Program-made: the position numbers and the translations under genes
Part shown: one piece after another, positions 52,196-61,089 of the stretch
How positions within the stretch are numbered: position 1 is the stretch's first letter
Layout: each line of letters opens with the position of its first letter
From: an uncultured bacterium
GTDB lineage: Bacteria > Babelota > Babeliae > Babelales > JABCYS01
DNA: 64,000 nucleotides
Reading direction: 5' to 3'
Assembly: GCA_963705705.1 (NCBI GenBank)
Contig: CAVPKK010000003.1
Span: forward strand, 96,001-160,000
The notes under the pieces: model-generated
Database searches by the model: none
What the model saw: only the letters and a program-made list of their open reading frames with translations
Told to the model about the DNA's origin: nothing

Positions 52196-52244
52196 GGCAC
52201 GCCCTAGAACCCATTACGCAATCATCGGCTTCGTAGGCGAGTCA
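52192..52244 (+). repeat. Palindromic repeat family B
   Basis: CTAGGGCACGCCCTAGAACCC...CGTAGGCGAGTCA. Confidence 0.75.
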
Positions 52245-52396
52245 TTTTTATTTTCGCAAAACACTTCGATGAGTGGATCGAGTCTATTGAAAAAAAATAT
52301 TGCATAGTGTTATGATATAGCCAACAAAAAGGGTCGCATGGAGGGTTTACCCTCCATATGAAAAGATACGCAAGCAATACCTTAAGGAGAGTTCGC

Positions 52397-53068
52397 ATGC
52401 ATAAATTACTATCAATTCTACTGCTACTACCCATATCATTATTCGCAGCTTGGGACGATCCAGACAAAGACAACTTTTTCTGCCGACTCAATCCATTATG
52501 GTCATGGAGCAAAGCACAAAAAGAATGCGAACGTATTCCCGATGGCCAAACCAAATCACCAGTGCAGCAATTAGATGAATTTCTCGAATTAGCAGAATGT
52601 TGGGAAGCCAATGGATTTGATCCAAATGAACCTTCAGAACTGCTTTGTCAGCGATGTACTGGATTTGCGATCGAGCGAATACTTGCGGCCTATGAAAAAT
52701 CTTTATTGCATCGCAACTTATTAACTGATCAGGATATTGAACTGCTTGAAAAGATTAAGGTTGCTGCTCATGTTCGGAACCCAGCTGATCCCAAAAAGGG
52801 ATTTTTTGAATTTTGGCTCAAGCAAAAAATTGGTGGTCCAATAAAGCTAGATGAGGGTACGGCAGGAACTTTTGGCATGATAGATAGAGTTGATGAAGCA
52901 CTCAACACTGGCAAGGAGAATATTGAGCGTGCTGCAATGTTGCCGAAAATTCTGCTTATGAGCAGCGCACTGGTTGGGATTGGTTATTGGATATTTTTGC
53001 GATATGAATCTGAATTAGAAAGCGCAGCGCATGCAGTAGGGTCGGGGGCCAGAGACATTGTATCATGA
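52397..53068 (+). CDS. Hypothetical secreted/membrane-anchored protein; probably extends to 53174 across a 1-nt frameshift
   Basis: AAGGAG SD, signal-like start, C-terminal TM; the shifted frame continues an HAV-repeat tail. Confidence 0.6.
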   Translation: MHKLLSILLLLPISLFAAWDDPDKDNFFCRLNPLWSWSKAQKECERIPDGQTKSPVQQLDEFLELAECWEANGFDPNEPSELLCQRCTGFAIERILAAYEKSLLHRNLLTDQDIELLEKIKVAAHVRNPADPKKGFFEFWLKQKIGGPIKLDEGTAGTFGMIDRVDEALNTGKENIERAAMLPKILLMSSALVGIGYWIFLRYESELESAAHAVGSGARDIVS

Positions 53069-53160
53069 GGCTGGGCATGCAGTACAGGTGGCAAATCAAC
53101 AAGTACAAAATGCGGAACATGCAATCCAACATGCAGTGCAACAAGGAGTGGAGAAGATTG

Positions 53161-53733
53161 ATGATAAGTTTTAGGCAATTATTTTTTGCATCAACCATAT
53201 TTTTCTTTCAACTTGATGCTATCGAAGTCTACTTCTCGCCACATGGCAATATTGAATCTAAGATCGTCAAATATATTGGAAAAGAACAGCGCAGTCTTAA
53301 GGCAGCATTATATTGGTTTACCAGTGAACCAATTGCCCGCGCTCTCATCGCGGCGAAAAAACGTGGTGTAGAAATAGAATTGATCGTTGATCATGATACG
53401 GTAACGGGTGTCGCCGGAAAGGCTGATGAGATTGCACAAGAGGGAATTCCCGTATTTGTATACAATGGCGGCAATGCGAGCATCATGCATCATAAATTTT
53501 GGATTTTTAGTGATGGCACTCTTATTACCGGTTCATTTAATCCTACGCAACGTGCAAATAAAGCCAATCATGAGAATATTATTATTATTGAAGATCCTGC
53601 TGTTGCATCACAATATGAACAAGAATTTGATCGATTGAAAAAAGTTTGCGCACCCTACAGCAAGCGCCGTTCAAGATCGAATTGGCCAACATTTCGGATT
53701 GATAAGACAATTTGTGAATGGCTTGGTTTTTAG
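53161..53733 (+). CDS. Phospholipase D-family (Nuc-like, single HKD) protein
   Basis: VYFSPHG, AAKKRGVEI, MHHKFWIFSD, TGSFN, NHENI. Confidence 0.85.
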   Translation: MISFRQLFFASTIFFFQLDAIEVYFSPHGNIESKIVKYIGKEQRSLKAALYWFTSEPIARALIAAKKRGVEIELIVDHDTVTGVAGKADEIAQEGIPVFVYNGGNASIMHHKFWIFSDGTLITGSFNPTQRANKANHENIIIIEDPAVASQYEQEFDRLKKVCAPYSKRRSRSNWPTFRIDKTICEWLGF

Positions 53734-53759
53734 GGTTAATCTGCTTTAGAAAAACAAAT

Positions 53760-54701
53760 CTAATTATTTCTAAGCTTTTGTATTAATTGCTGAAAATCAT
53801 CAGGAGCTGGTTCGGTAAATGAGAATGGTTCATTCTCGAATGCGAATGCTAAAGCTGTAGCATGCAATGCTTGTCGCGAAATAAATTTACTGGTAATTCC
53901 ATACACCGCATCGCCAAGCAATGGATGGCCGATAGCAGCAAAATGCACACGAATTTGGTGAGTTCTGCCGGTGACAGGTTTTACCTCTACTAGCGCCGCA
54001 TCTTTAAATCGTTCCAAAACCCGATAATACGTCGTCGCAGCGCGACCGGTAATGCGCCATTTCTCAGCCATCGCTTGATCAACGTGCGTCATGCGATTTT
54101 TCATAGTTGGATGCCGCGCTATAGGATATGAAATAACCCCCTCATCAACTGGCTGACTCCTAACAATTGCAACATACGTCTTTTGCATATAACGCGACTT
54201 AAATAGATCACCGAAGATTGTATGTGCATAATTATTGCGTGGTATAACCATCAACCCGGAAGTGTTTTTATCCAGACGATGTACAATACCTGGGCGGTCG
54301 GGCTTGCCAACGGCCGCCACTTCTTGAAATTTTTTTAGTAACCAGTCGACCAACGTGATGGCATTAGCTTCAGGCAATGGTGCATGGACCATCAATCCGG
54401 CGGGCTTATATATAATGTAAAATTGCGGATGCTCGAAAACAATACGGACACCAAGATCGCCTTCAAATGGCTTTGGTATTCCTAGGGGAGGCAATGGCGG
54501 GATAAAAATCGTTATTTCTTCCTGGCCCTTCAATATATAGCTTGGTTTTTCAACGACCATGCCATTTGCTTGTACATGGCCATCAAAAACAAGTTTCTGA
54601 AAATAGGTACGAGAATAGGCTGGAAATTTTTTTACTAAAAAAAGATCAACACGTTGATTTGCTTCATCAACAATGACTGAAAATGTATGGTTGATTTGCA
54701 T
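53760..54701 (-). CDS. RluA/RluD family pseudouridine synthase
   Basis: S4 domain, KPAGLMVH, HRLDKNTSG, TGRTHQIRVH, GHPLLGD. Confidence 0.95.
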   Translation of the reverse strand: MQINHTFSVIVDEANQRVDLFLVKKFPAYSRTYFQKLVFDGHVQANGMVVEKPSYILKGQEEITIFIPPLPPLGIPKPFEGDLGVRIVFEHPQFYIIYKPAGLMVHAPLPEANAITLVDWLLKKFQEVAAVGKPDRPGIVHRLDKNTSGLMVIPRNNYAHTIFGDLFKSRYMQKTYVAIVRSQPVDEGVISYPIARHPTMKNRMTHVDQAMAEKWRITGRAATTYYRVLERFKDAALVEVKPVTGRTHQIRVHFAAIGHPLLGDAVYGITSKFISRQALHATALAFAFENEPFSFTEPAPDDFQQLIQKLRNN

Positions 54702-54810
54702 AGTAACGCCCCAATTTTTATCGGTTTTTTATTAAATATACGTATATAAATTGGCTAGGCAAATGCCCTGGACACCTTTAAGCCATTAAGCTACATTCCA
54801 CAGACTTAGC

Positions 54811-54853
54811 CTTTCGATACATTTGACCTTGGGTCAAATACTCAGAATGAGCG
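54811..54853 (-). repeat. Palindromic repeat family A variant upstream of mgtE
   Basis: TTCGATACATTTGACCTTGGGTCAAATACTCAGAATGAGCG. Confidence 0.65.
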
Positions 54854-54864
54854 TTAGGACGAAT

Positions 54865-56235
54865 ATGCCAACGATTATACCAGAACACTTATTCGAAGAG
54901 ATTAAGGATAATTTATCAGCCGTGGTAAAAAAGGAGCCTGATATAGGTTTACACCTATGGGAGGCTTTAACAGAGTTGCATTCGGCCGATATATCAACCT
55001 TTCTTGAAAGCCTTGAACATGATCAGGTTCGCGCTTTGTATCTTACTTTCCCACCTGAATTACAACTCGATGTTTTTCAAGATCTTCCGGATTCACTCAA
55101 GGTGTATTGTCTCTCATTCCTTGACGATCACCATAGAACATTAATATTAAATGGTACGCCCCTTGACGAGCTGACCGACTTATTTGATATTCTGCCTGAC
55201 GAGGAGCTCAAAAAGTACCTTCGGCTCCTGCATAAGACTGATCGCGATGCCATTCTTTCATTATTAAATTTCGATCCCGAGTCAGCCGGCGGTATCATGG
55301 AAACCGATGTGCTTTCCTTGATGGAAGATTACACAGTTGAGAAGAGTGTGCGCGTATTGCAGCGTTTACAGCCAGAGGCAGAGCTGCATCGACGTATTTT
55401 TGTGACAGACCAGGCTAATAGATTAGTGGGCTATATCAATCTTGAAGATTTGGTACTAAAAGCACCGCAAACACGTATTTCCAGCTTCATGCAAAAAAAT
55501 GAGTTTGTGGTTAATGTGTATGAGGATCAGGAGAAGGTCGCTCGCGATATGATGCACTACGGCTTGGAATGGGTGGCAGTCGTAGACGATAATAATATGT
55601 TCTTGGGTATGATTTCATCAGATAGATTGGTTGATGTACTTGAGCATGAGGCGAGCGAAGACGTCTACAAAATGGCCACGATGGCGCCCATCAAAAAGCC
55701 CTATTTTGATACCAGTTTTGGTCGTTTAGTGCTAGAGCGGAGCTGGGTACTTATTGTTCTTCTCATCGCGCAGACCTTTTCAAGCTATATCATTGAGTCA
55801 TACCAAGGATTGTTGGCCGGTTTTCTCATGTTCTTTTTGCCTATGCTTATTTCGGCCGGTGGCAATGCAAGCAGTCAAACATCTGCCATTGCTATTCAAG
55901 GCTCAGCATCAGGTGAGATTCATGCGGGTAATATGTATAAGTTTATTAAGCGTGAATTTATGATCGGGTGCATCATTGCAGTGACACTTGGTTTTTTCTC
56001 ATTCGGTCGTATTATCTTTATGTATGGCACAGAAAAAATGTTGGCTGCAATTGCCGTGAGTTCTTCATTGACGGTGATCGTTTTGGTTTCGGTGCTACTC
56101 GGTTCATATTTCCCATTCTTACTCAAGCGGTTGAACCTTGACCCTGCCTTCTCGGCTGGACCTGGTTTGGCCACGGTCATGGATATCCTTGGCCTGCTTA
56201 TCTACTGTTACGTAAGTCGATTACTCCTCAGTTAA
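54865..56235 (+). CDS. mgtE: Magnesium transporter MgtE
   Basis: ESAGGIM, CBS pair, PMLISAGGNASSQ, LDPAFSAGP, MDILG. Confidence 0.93.
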   Translation: MPTIIPEHLFEEIKDNLSAVVKKEPDIGLHLWEALTELHSADISTFLESLEHDQVRALYLTFPPELQLDVFQDLPDSLKVYCLSFLDDHHRTLILNGTPLDELTDLFDILPDEELKKYLRLLHKTDRDAILSLLNFDPESAGGIMETDVLSLMEDYTVEKSVRVLQRLQPEAELHRRIFVTDQANRLVGYINLEDLVLKAPQTRISSFMQKNEFVVNVYEDQEKVARDMMHYGLEWVAVVDDNNMFLGMISSDRLVDVLEHEASEDVYKMATMAPIKKPYFDTSFGRLVLERSWVLIVLLIAQTFSSYIIESYQGLLAGFLMFFLPMLISAGGNASSQTSAIAIQGSASGEIHAGNMYKFIKREFMIGCIIAVTLGFFSFGRIIFMYGTEKMLAAIAVSSSLTVIVLVSVLLGSYFPFLLKRLNLDPAFSAGPGLATVMDILGLLIYCYVSRLLLS

Positions 56236-56239
56236 GCAA

Positions 56240-56270
56240 TAAAAAAAGCACCCTCAAAAAGAAGGTGCTT
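56240..56270. terminator. Intrinsic terminator between mgtE and the tRNA pair
   Basis: AAGCACC...GGTGCTT hairpin with A7 tract. Confidence 0.7.
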
Positions 56271-56275
56271 AATCT

Positions 56276-56351
56276 TGGCGTCCCCACCGAGATTTGAACT
56301 CGGGTTCCTACCGTGAAAGGGTAGTGTCCTAGACCACTAGACGATGAGGAC
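56276..56351 (-). tRNA. tRNA-Glu (TTC)
   Basis: GTCCTCATCGTCTAGTGGTCTAGGACACTACCCTTTCACGGTAGGAACCCGAGTTCAAATCTCGGTGGGGACGCCA; cloverleaf with encoded CCA. Confidence 0.95.
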
Positions 56352-56366
56352 CAATTCTACTAAAAA

Positions 56367-56439
56367 TGAGCCGCGATGGACTCGAACCATCGACCCACAG
56401 CTTAAAAGGCTGTTGCTCTACCACCTGAGCTAGCGGCTC
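56367..56439 (-). tRNA. tRNA-Lys (TTT), CCA not encoded
   Basis: GAGCCGCTAGCTCAGGTGGTAGAGCAACAGCCTTTTAAGCTGTGGGTCGATGGTTCGAGTCCATCGCGGCTCA. Confidence 0.95.
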
Positions 56440-56546
56440 CTATTACTTACAAAACAATTTTAATGAAAAGTGCGATACAAACTATAGGGAGCGGGCCCCT
56501 TTGTCAAGATAATCCTTAATTTACCGGCATTTTCCCCATGTTCGCG

Positions 56547-56581
56547 CCGCTCGTATCCTTCGACAGGCTCAGGACGAGCGG
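56547..56581 (-). repeat. Palindromic repeat family A, minimal 35-bp unit
   Basis: Reverse complement CCGCTCGTCCTGAGCCTGTCGAAGGATACGAGCGG. Confidence 0.88.
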
Positions 56582-56620
56582 ATTCTTCTCAAGATAATCC
56601 TTAATTTAAGGGCGTTTCGC

Positions 56621-58537
56621 CTACACACGCCTTTTGAATTTCCGTTCAATTTCCGACAAGTTCAATAGCCAGCTAGTTGGCCGGCCATGAGGGCAGGTGA
56701 GTCTATTAGGGGCCGCCTGCAAATCCACCAACAGTTGGTCAATCTGCTCCTTACTCAGTTTGTCCCCCGCCTTAACAGCCGCTTTGCATGCCATCATTGC
56801 CCGCATCTGATGAATAATTTTGAGTTTAAGCTGTTCCCTATCCAGGTTTTGATTTTCATATACCCAACTAACAAGCTCTTTGAGAAGATCTTGAATATCA
56901 ATTCGTTTGCTAGCCATCGGAAGGGCGGTGACTATTAACTGAGCAGCTCCGACCTGCTCAATCTCGATCCCTTCCGCCTGGAGTACAGGTAGATACTGAG
57001 TTAGTACGCTGATGTCTTCGGAAGACATTTGTACCACCTGAGGGAAAACTAACTTGGTGGGTGTTTGTTCATCGAACCGCTGCAGGAACCGTTCAAATAA
57101 AATCCGCTCGTGCGCCGCATGCTGATCTACAATGAGCAATCCATTGGGATGATCAAGTAATATGTAGGTATCATTGAACTGGCCTATAAGGTTGTGGGTT
57201 TCGAAAGAAAGTAATGAGTCGGCGGTAAGTAAAGTGTCAGGATTATTAGACGGGGGTATGTGGCCCCGTTCATCCTGAGGATTCGACAGGCTCATTTTCG
57301 CGCTTTGATTCTTCGATCCTTCGACGGGCTCAGGAGTAAACTTCGACTTTGTCGAACTCAGAACGAGCGCGTTCAAGCCAGTTTGAGATGCCAGTGCATC
57401 GGTGGAACTATTTTGCGCAGCAAAATGTACGCTTCCATCTTGCTCAGGCCTAGCGGGATCTTCCACTCGCTTTGAAATGGATCCAGCTCCAAATACATCA
57501 TCCGAAAAATCTGGCAGTATTTGCGTTTGCCTTTGCAACAATCTGCTAACTTTGTTCTGCAGCGCCGCCTGTACAGTCATCTGTATAGCCTGTTCCACCA
57601 TCCGTGGATGGGCAAACTGTACTTCTTCTTTCCTCGGGTGAACATTTATATCTACTTCAGCGGGTGGGACAGAAATTGAAACGCACGCAAACGGATATTT
57701 CCCGTGCGGTAACACATTGGCATAACCCCTAACCAGTGCGCGACCCAGCTGCTGATTTTTTACCCAACGCCTATTAGTAAAAAAGAATATTCTGCTGCGA
57801 TCAAAACGGTGATATTGATGATCAGAGATTATACCTTCTATTGAGATACCATTAACGGCATACGATATAGGTAAAATATGATTGCCTAATGATGGATCCC
57901 ATAATTGTAAGGCGCGTTCAGCTAGTGATGAGACTGGCGGGCAACGGTGTGTTAATGAATCGTTGTGGTAGAGCGTCCACGAAATTTCTGGATAATTAAG
58001 GGCAAAGCTTTGAAACAGCTGCAATATTTGATGCCACTCAGTTTCATTACTGCGCAAAAACTTTTTTCGTGCCGGTATATTAAAGAAAAGTGACTGTACC
58101 GTTATTGAACTACCGATGTTGCATGACGTTGACTCTTGGCTTGTCACCACCCCTGCGGCTAAAGATAATTTGATTCCCTCGAGACTATTCGGCTGTTTGG
58201 TTACTAATGTTACCTGGCTTACAGCTGCTATGCTCGAGAGTGCCTCGCCCCGAAATCCAAAAGTATTCACCTGAGGCAAGTCGAGTACCGATGTTAATTT
58301 GCTCGTGGCATGATGCTCAAAGCAATTCCGCGCATCTTCGGCATCCATGCCGCATCCATTATCAATGATTTGAATTGATTGTTTGCCGCCCTGGGCAATG
58401 CGAACTGTGATCTCGGTCGCCTGGGCATCAAGCGCATTTTCAATGAGCTCTTTAACGACGTTGGCGGGTCGTTCAACGACTTCGCCTGCGGCAATTTTAC
58501 TGATTTCTTCGGGTGCTAATTTTTTTATGCGTGGCAT
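56621..58537 (-). CDS. mutL: DNA mismatch repair protein MutL
   Basis: IAAGEVVERP, HATSK, GFRGEAL, DQHAAHER, ACKAAVK, CPHGRP. Confidence 0.97.
   Translation of the reverse strand: MPRIKKLAPEEISKIAAGEVVERPANVVKELIENALDAQATEITVRIAQGGKQSIQIIDNGCGMDAEDARNCFEHHATSKLTSVLDLPQVNTFGFRGEALSSIAAVSQVTLVTKQPNSLEGIKLSLAAGVVTSQESTSCNIGSSITVQSLFFNIPARKKFLRSNETEWHQILQLFQSFALNYPEISWTLYHNDSLTHRCPPVSSLAERALQLWDPSLGNHILPISYAVNGISIEGIISDHQYHRFDRSRIFFFTNRRWVKNQQLGRALVRGYANVLPHGKYPFACVSISVPPAEVDINVHPRKEEVQFAHPRMVEQAIQMTVQAALQNKVSRLLQRQTQILPDFSDDVFGAGSISKRVEDPARPEQDGSVHFAAQNSSTDALASQTGLNALVLSSTKSKFTPEPVEGSKNQSAKMSLSNPQDERGHIPPSNNPDTLLTADSLLSFETHNLIGQFNDTYILLDHPNGLLIVDQHAAHERILFERFLQRFDEQTPTKLVFPQVVQMSSEDISVLTQYLPVLQAEGIEIEQVGAAQLIVTALPMASKRIDIQDLLKELVSWVYENQNLDREQLKLKIIHQMRAMMACKAAVKAGDKLSKEQIDQLLVDLQAAPNRLTCPHGRPTSWLLNLSEIERKFKRRV
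57265..57457. repeat. Cluster of family A repeats inside the mutL linker
   Basis: CCGTTCATCCTGAGGATTCGACAGGCTCA, TCCTTCGACGGGCTCAGGA, CTCAGAACGAGCG, ATTTTGCGCAGCAAAATGTA, CTCAGGCCTAGCGGG. Confidence 0.8.
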
Positions 58538-58722
58538 GGTGCATTACAAAGTTAAATTTATTTTGATTCGGCTTGATTCCGGATAGAAGCATCCAATCTA
58601 GGGTCCGTTCCCTCCCCTAGACCCCTCCCCACTTTCTCTTCGGAGGGAGAAATCCCTCCGTGCACCCTTTTTCTGTAAGAGCAGGTCAATGACATTTCTA
58701 ATTTGTGAAATAATACCAGATT

Positions 58723-59298
58723 TTATTCCAATTCAGCTGGGAATTCATGTTGCTGCACAGATTCAGCGGCATCTTTCCAGGTGCCTTGAAGGGTAAAGGT
58801 AATTATTTTTTTCTGTTCACCGATTGATGTTAAATGCATATCATCAACATATGGGCTCGCATTAAGAAGTTCAAGGAATGTTACTGCCGCTTTAGCATCA
58901 GCTGCTTCACATACCATAGTAATTCGTGCGCCCAATTCTCCCTCAATGTTAGTAATTCGGACCGTTGTCGGAATTGTGCGGGCAAGCATCGTGAGTAAAC
59001 GATGGGCAGCACCATTCTTTTGGCGCATATTACCAAGCGTTTGTAGTCGTTGTTGGATATCTTGTTGCTCTTTAAGCAACATTTTTTTCCGATGATTGAA
59101 CTGCTCAAATTGCACATTATTTCCTTGCAATTCAGTCAATTCTTGAATGGTGGAGCTGCAGATACGCAGACGAGCATAATGGACAACCACCATGCTAATA
59201 ACGAGCGCAATAATAAAACACGCTGAGCCATAAAACCATAATTGCAGTTCACGCTGTTTCTGCGGTGGAACTGGATCAATAAAGTTTATGCTTTTCAT
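58723..59298 (-). CDS. PilN-like (type IV pilus/T2SS assembly) protein
   Basis: MKSINF start, single TM, coiled coil, LARTIPTTVRITNI, FLELLNASP. Confidence 0.7.
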   Translation of the reverse strand: MKSINFIDPVPPQKQRELQLWFYGSACFIIALVISMVVVHYARLRICSSTIQELTELQGNNVQFEQFNHRKKMLLKEQQDIQQRLQTLGNMRQKNGAAHRLLTMLARTIPTTVRITNIEGELGARITMVCEAADAKAAVTFLELLNASPYVDDMHLTSIGEQKKIITFTLQGTWKDAAESVQQHEFPAELE

Positions 59299-59301
59299 AA
59301 C

Positions 59302-60003
59302 CTATGCCTCGGCAAATTCACTACCCAATAAATATAATCCAAAGCTTTCGACTACCGCCGCATGATCATGTGGCGAGCGAATCTTTAAGTGACCGTTAAG
59401 GTTAATGAAATCCAAAATATTTGTCTTGGGTTGATCACTATCAGGTGCCGTGGTGCCATTTTGTTTAATGTAACGATATGCCTTAAGTAGGGCCATGGTC
59501 GGGGTCGTGATCTGCATGAGATTAAGCTCGGCTTGTATGGCAAGCAGTTGGTATTGCAATAAAACTGGCCGCGAAATGCCGCAACAATACCAAGGATTTT
59601 TGGGCACGCTCGGATTATCTTGCAAGCAATAATAATGCCACGACAAGAGATCGGGTTGTTCTTCAACCGGTTTAAGATCGGCTGAGGCCCGAGCCAACAT
59701 TATCTGTTTTTCTATAAGCCCTTCACCTGATAATGCTATTACAATAGATGCATCATGCACGTCATGTAATTCCAAAAAGGTATTAATAAGCGATTGCATG
59801 CGGGTTGGATTAAAAAGGGTCAAATCATTTTTTTCATGTGCTTCAAATAGCAGATGCTTATATGCCTTCAGGGCAAATGGCAAGGATGCATATGGTGTTG
59901 GCGCAATCCAACTACAGGTGATTGTTCGCGGTGTAATATTGATACCAATAATGGATTCATCAATGGCGGGAATTAAACCCAACACATTATACTCTGTTAG
60001 CAT
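59302..60003 (-). CDS. Hypothetical protein, possibly degenerate PilM-like
   Basis: Directly upstream of the pilN-like gene; IIGINIT start; no clear motif. Confidence 0.5.
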   Translation of the reverse strand: MLTEYNVLGLIPAIDESIIGINITPRTITCSWIAPTPYASLPFALKAYKHLLFEAHEKNDLTLFNPTRMQSLINTFLELHDVHDASIVIALSGEGLIEKQIMLARASADLKPVEEQPDLLSWHYYCLQDNPSVPKNPWYCCGISRPVLLQYQLLAIQAELNLMQITTPTMALLKAYRYIKQNGTTAPDSDQPKTNILDFINLNGHLKIRSPHDHAAVVESFGLYLLGSEFAEA

Positions 60004-60880
60004 AGATAACACGGTCTTTACCCTCCAAGTCTTTTTTTATTGCAATATCGTTGTACCCATTGAGCTCGAGCCATCCTTTAATTGTTGGCCCTTGGTAATA
60101 ATCCATCTCCAAAACTAGTTGGGGTAGCCGGACATCTGCGTGAGTTTTTAGCCAAAATTTAGTTTCTTCAATAATCCTGCGAATAATTGATAACCCATCA
60201 TTGCCACCAACCAGCGCCCGTTGATCTTCCCAGTTCTTAACTGAATCATCCAGCCCAGCCCAGTCGCTTTCAGAAATATAGGGTGGATTAGAAACAATCA
60301 GATCAAACATCTCAGTTTTTGGGATACCATCAAACAAATCAGCTTCATATAACTTAACGTTATAAACGCTATTGTGAGTTATATTCTTTTTGATAAGCGC
60401 CAGAGCTTGTGGGTTTATATCTGTCGCTACAATTTCAAAGCTAGGAAACGCTTTGGCTAATGCGATCGCAATGCATCCAGTTCCAGCACATAAATCTAAA
60501 ATACGAAAAGGCTCTTGGGGCGAGAGATGTTTTACTATGGGCTTGAGTAGGGTAATCAGATTGATAACCCATTCCTCTGTCTCTGGTCGCGGAATTAAAA
60601 CTGGCGGCTCGCATAAAATATCAATATCATTGAACGGTGTAGAACCAATTAAATATTGAATTGGCTCCTTTTTATTCACATGCAAATCAAGCCATCGCTC
60701 TAATGTTTCTTGTTGCGCGGCCGTAAGCACGATCTCCCGTTGGGCGAGCAGCTGTGCTTCGCTTTTTTTCGTTATAGCTTCCAACATCCACCATGCATCT
60801 TGTGTACGCTCAACTGCATCGCGGTGCCGGTGGGTGAGCCGTTCAGTAATAGATCCTAATAATTCATCAATCTTTGGCAT
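59987..60880 (-). CDS. prmC: Release factor glutamine methyltransferase
   Basis: EPIQYLIG, VLIPRPETE, LDLCAGTGCIA, SNPPYI. Confidence 0.95.
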   Translation of the reverse strand: MPKIDELLGSITERLTHRHRDAVERTQDAWWMLEAITKKSEAQLLAQREIVLTAAQQETLERWLDLHVNKKEPIQYLIGSTPFNDIDILCEPPVLIPRPETEEWVINLITLLKPIVKHLSPQEPFRILDLCAGTGCIAIALAKAFPSFEIVATDINPQALALIKKNITHNSVYNVKLYEADLFDGIPKTEMFDLIVSNPPYISESDWAGLDDSVKNWEDQRALVGGNDGLSIIRRIIEETKFWLKTHADVRLPQLVLEMDYYQGPTIKGWLELNGYNDIAIKKDLEGKDRVIYANRV

Positions 60881-61089
60881 CGGTTTCCTTTCATCAAGGA
60901 GCTCGTTTGTTTCTCTAGTGTAGTGACAAACCATGAACTGGATAAAGAGATTATGGCTTCGTCCATATTTTATTGAGTCTCTGCCGCATTATTACTAGGC
61001 ATTCGGTACCGCCAATTGCAAGGGATAGCTGCCTATGTTAGTTTTACCGGACCTTTTTAAAAAATATGAAAGCGTCAGAGGTCACAAGC

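Noticed and set aside
53065..53160. N-terminal extension of the PLD ORF (MRLGMQYRWQ...)
   Set aside because: Better explained as the out-of-frame tail of the upstream gene; ATG 53161 gives a signal-like start.
56276..56620. Prophage or island integrated at the tRNAs
   Set aside because: No integrase and no duplicated tRNA 3' end; the flanks are mgtE and mutL.
7730..57457. CRISPR array
   Set aside because: The repeats are dispersed, variable and nested, not regularly spaced with unique spacers; no cas genes are present.
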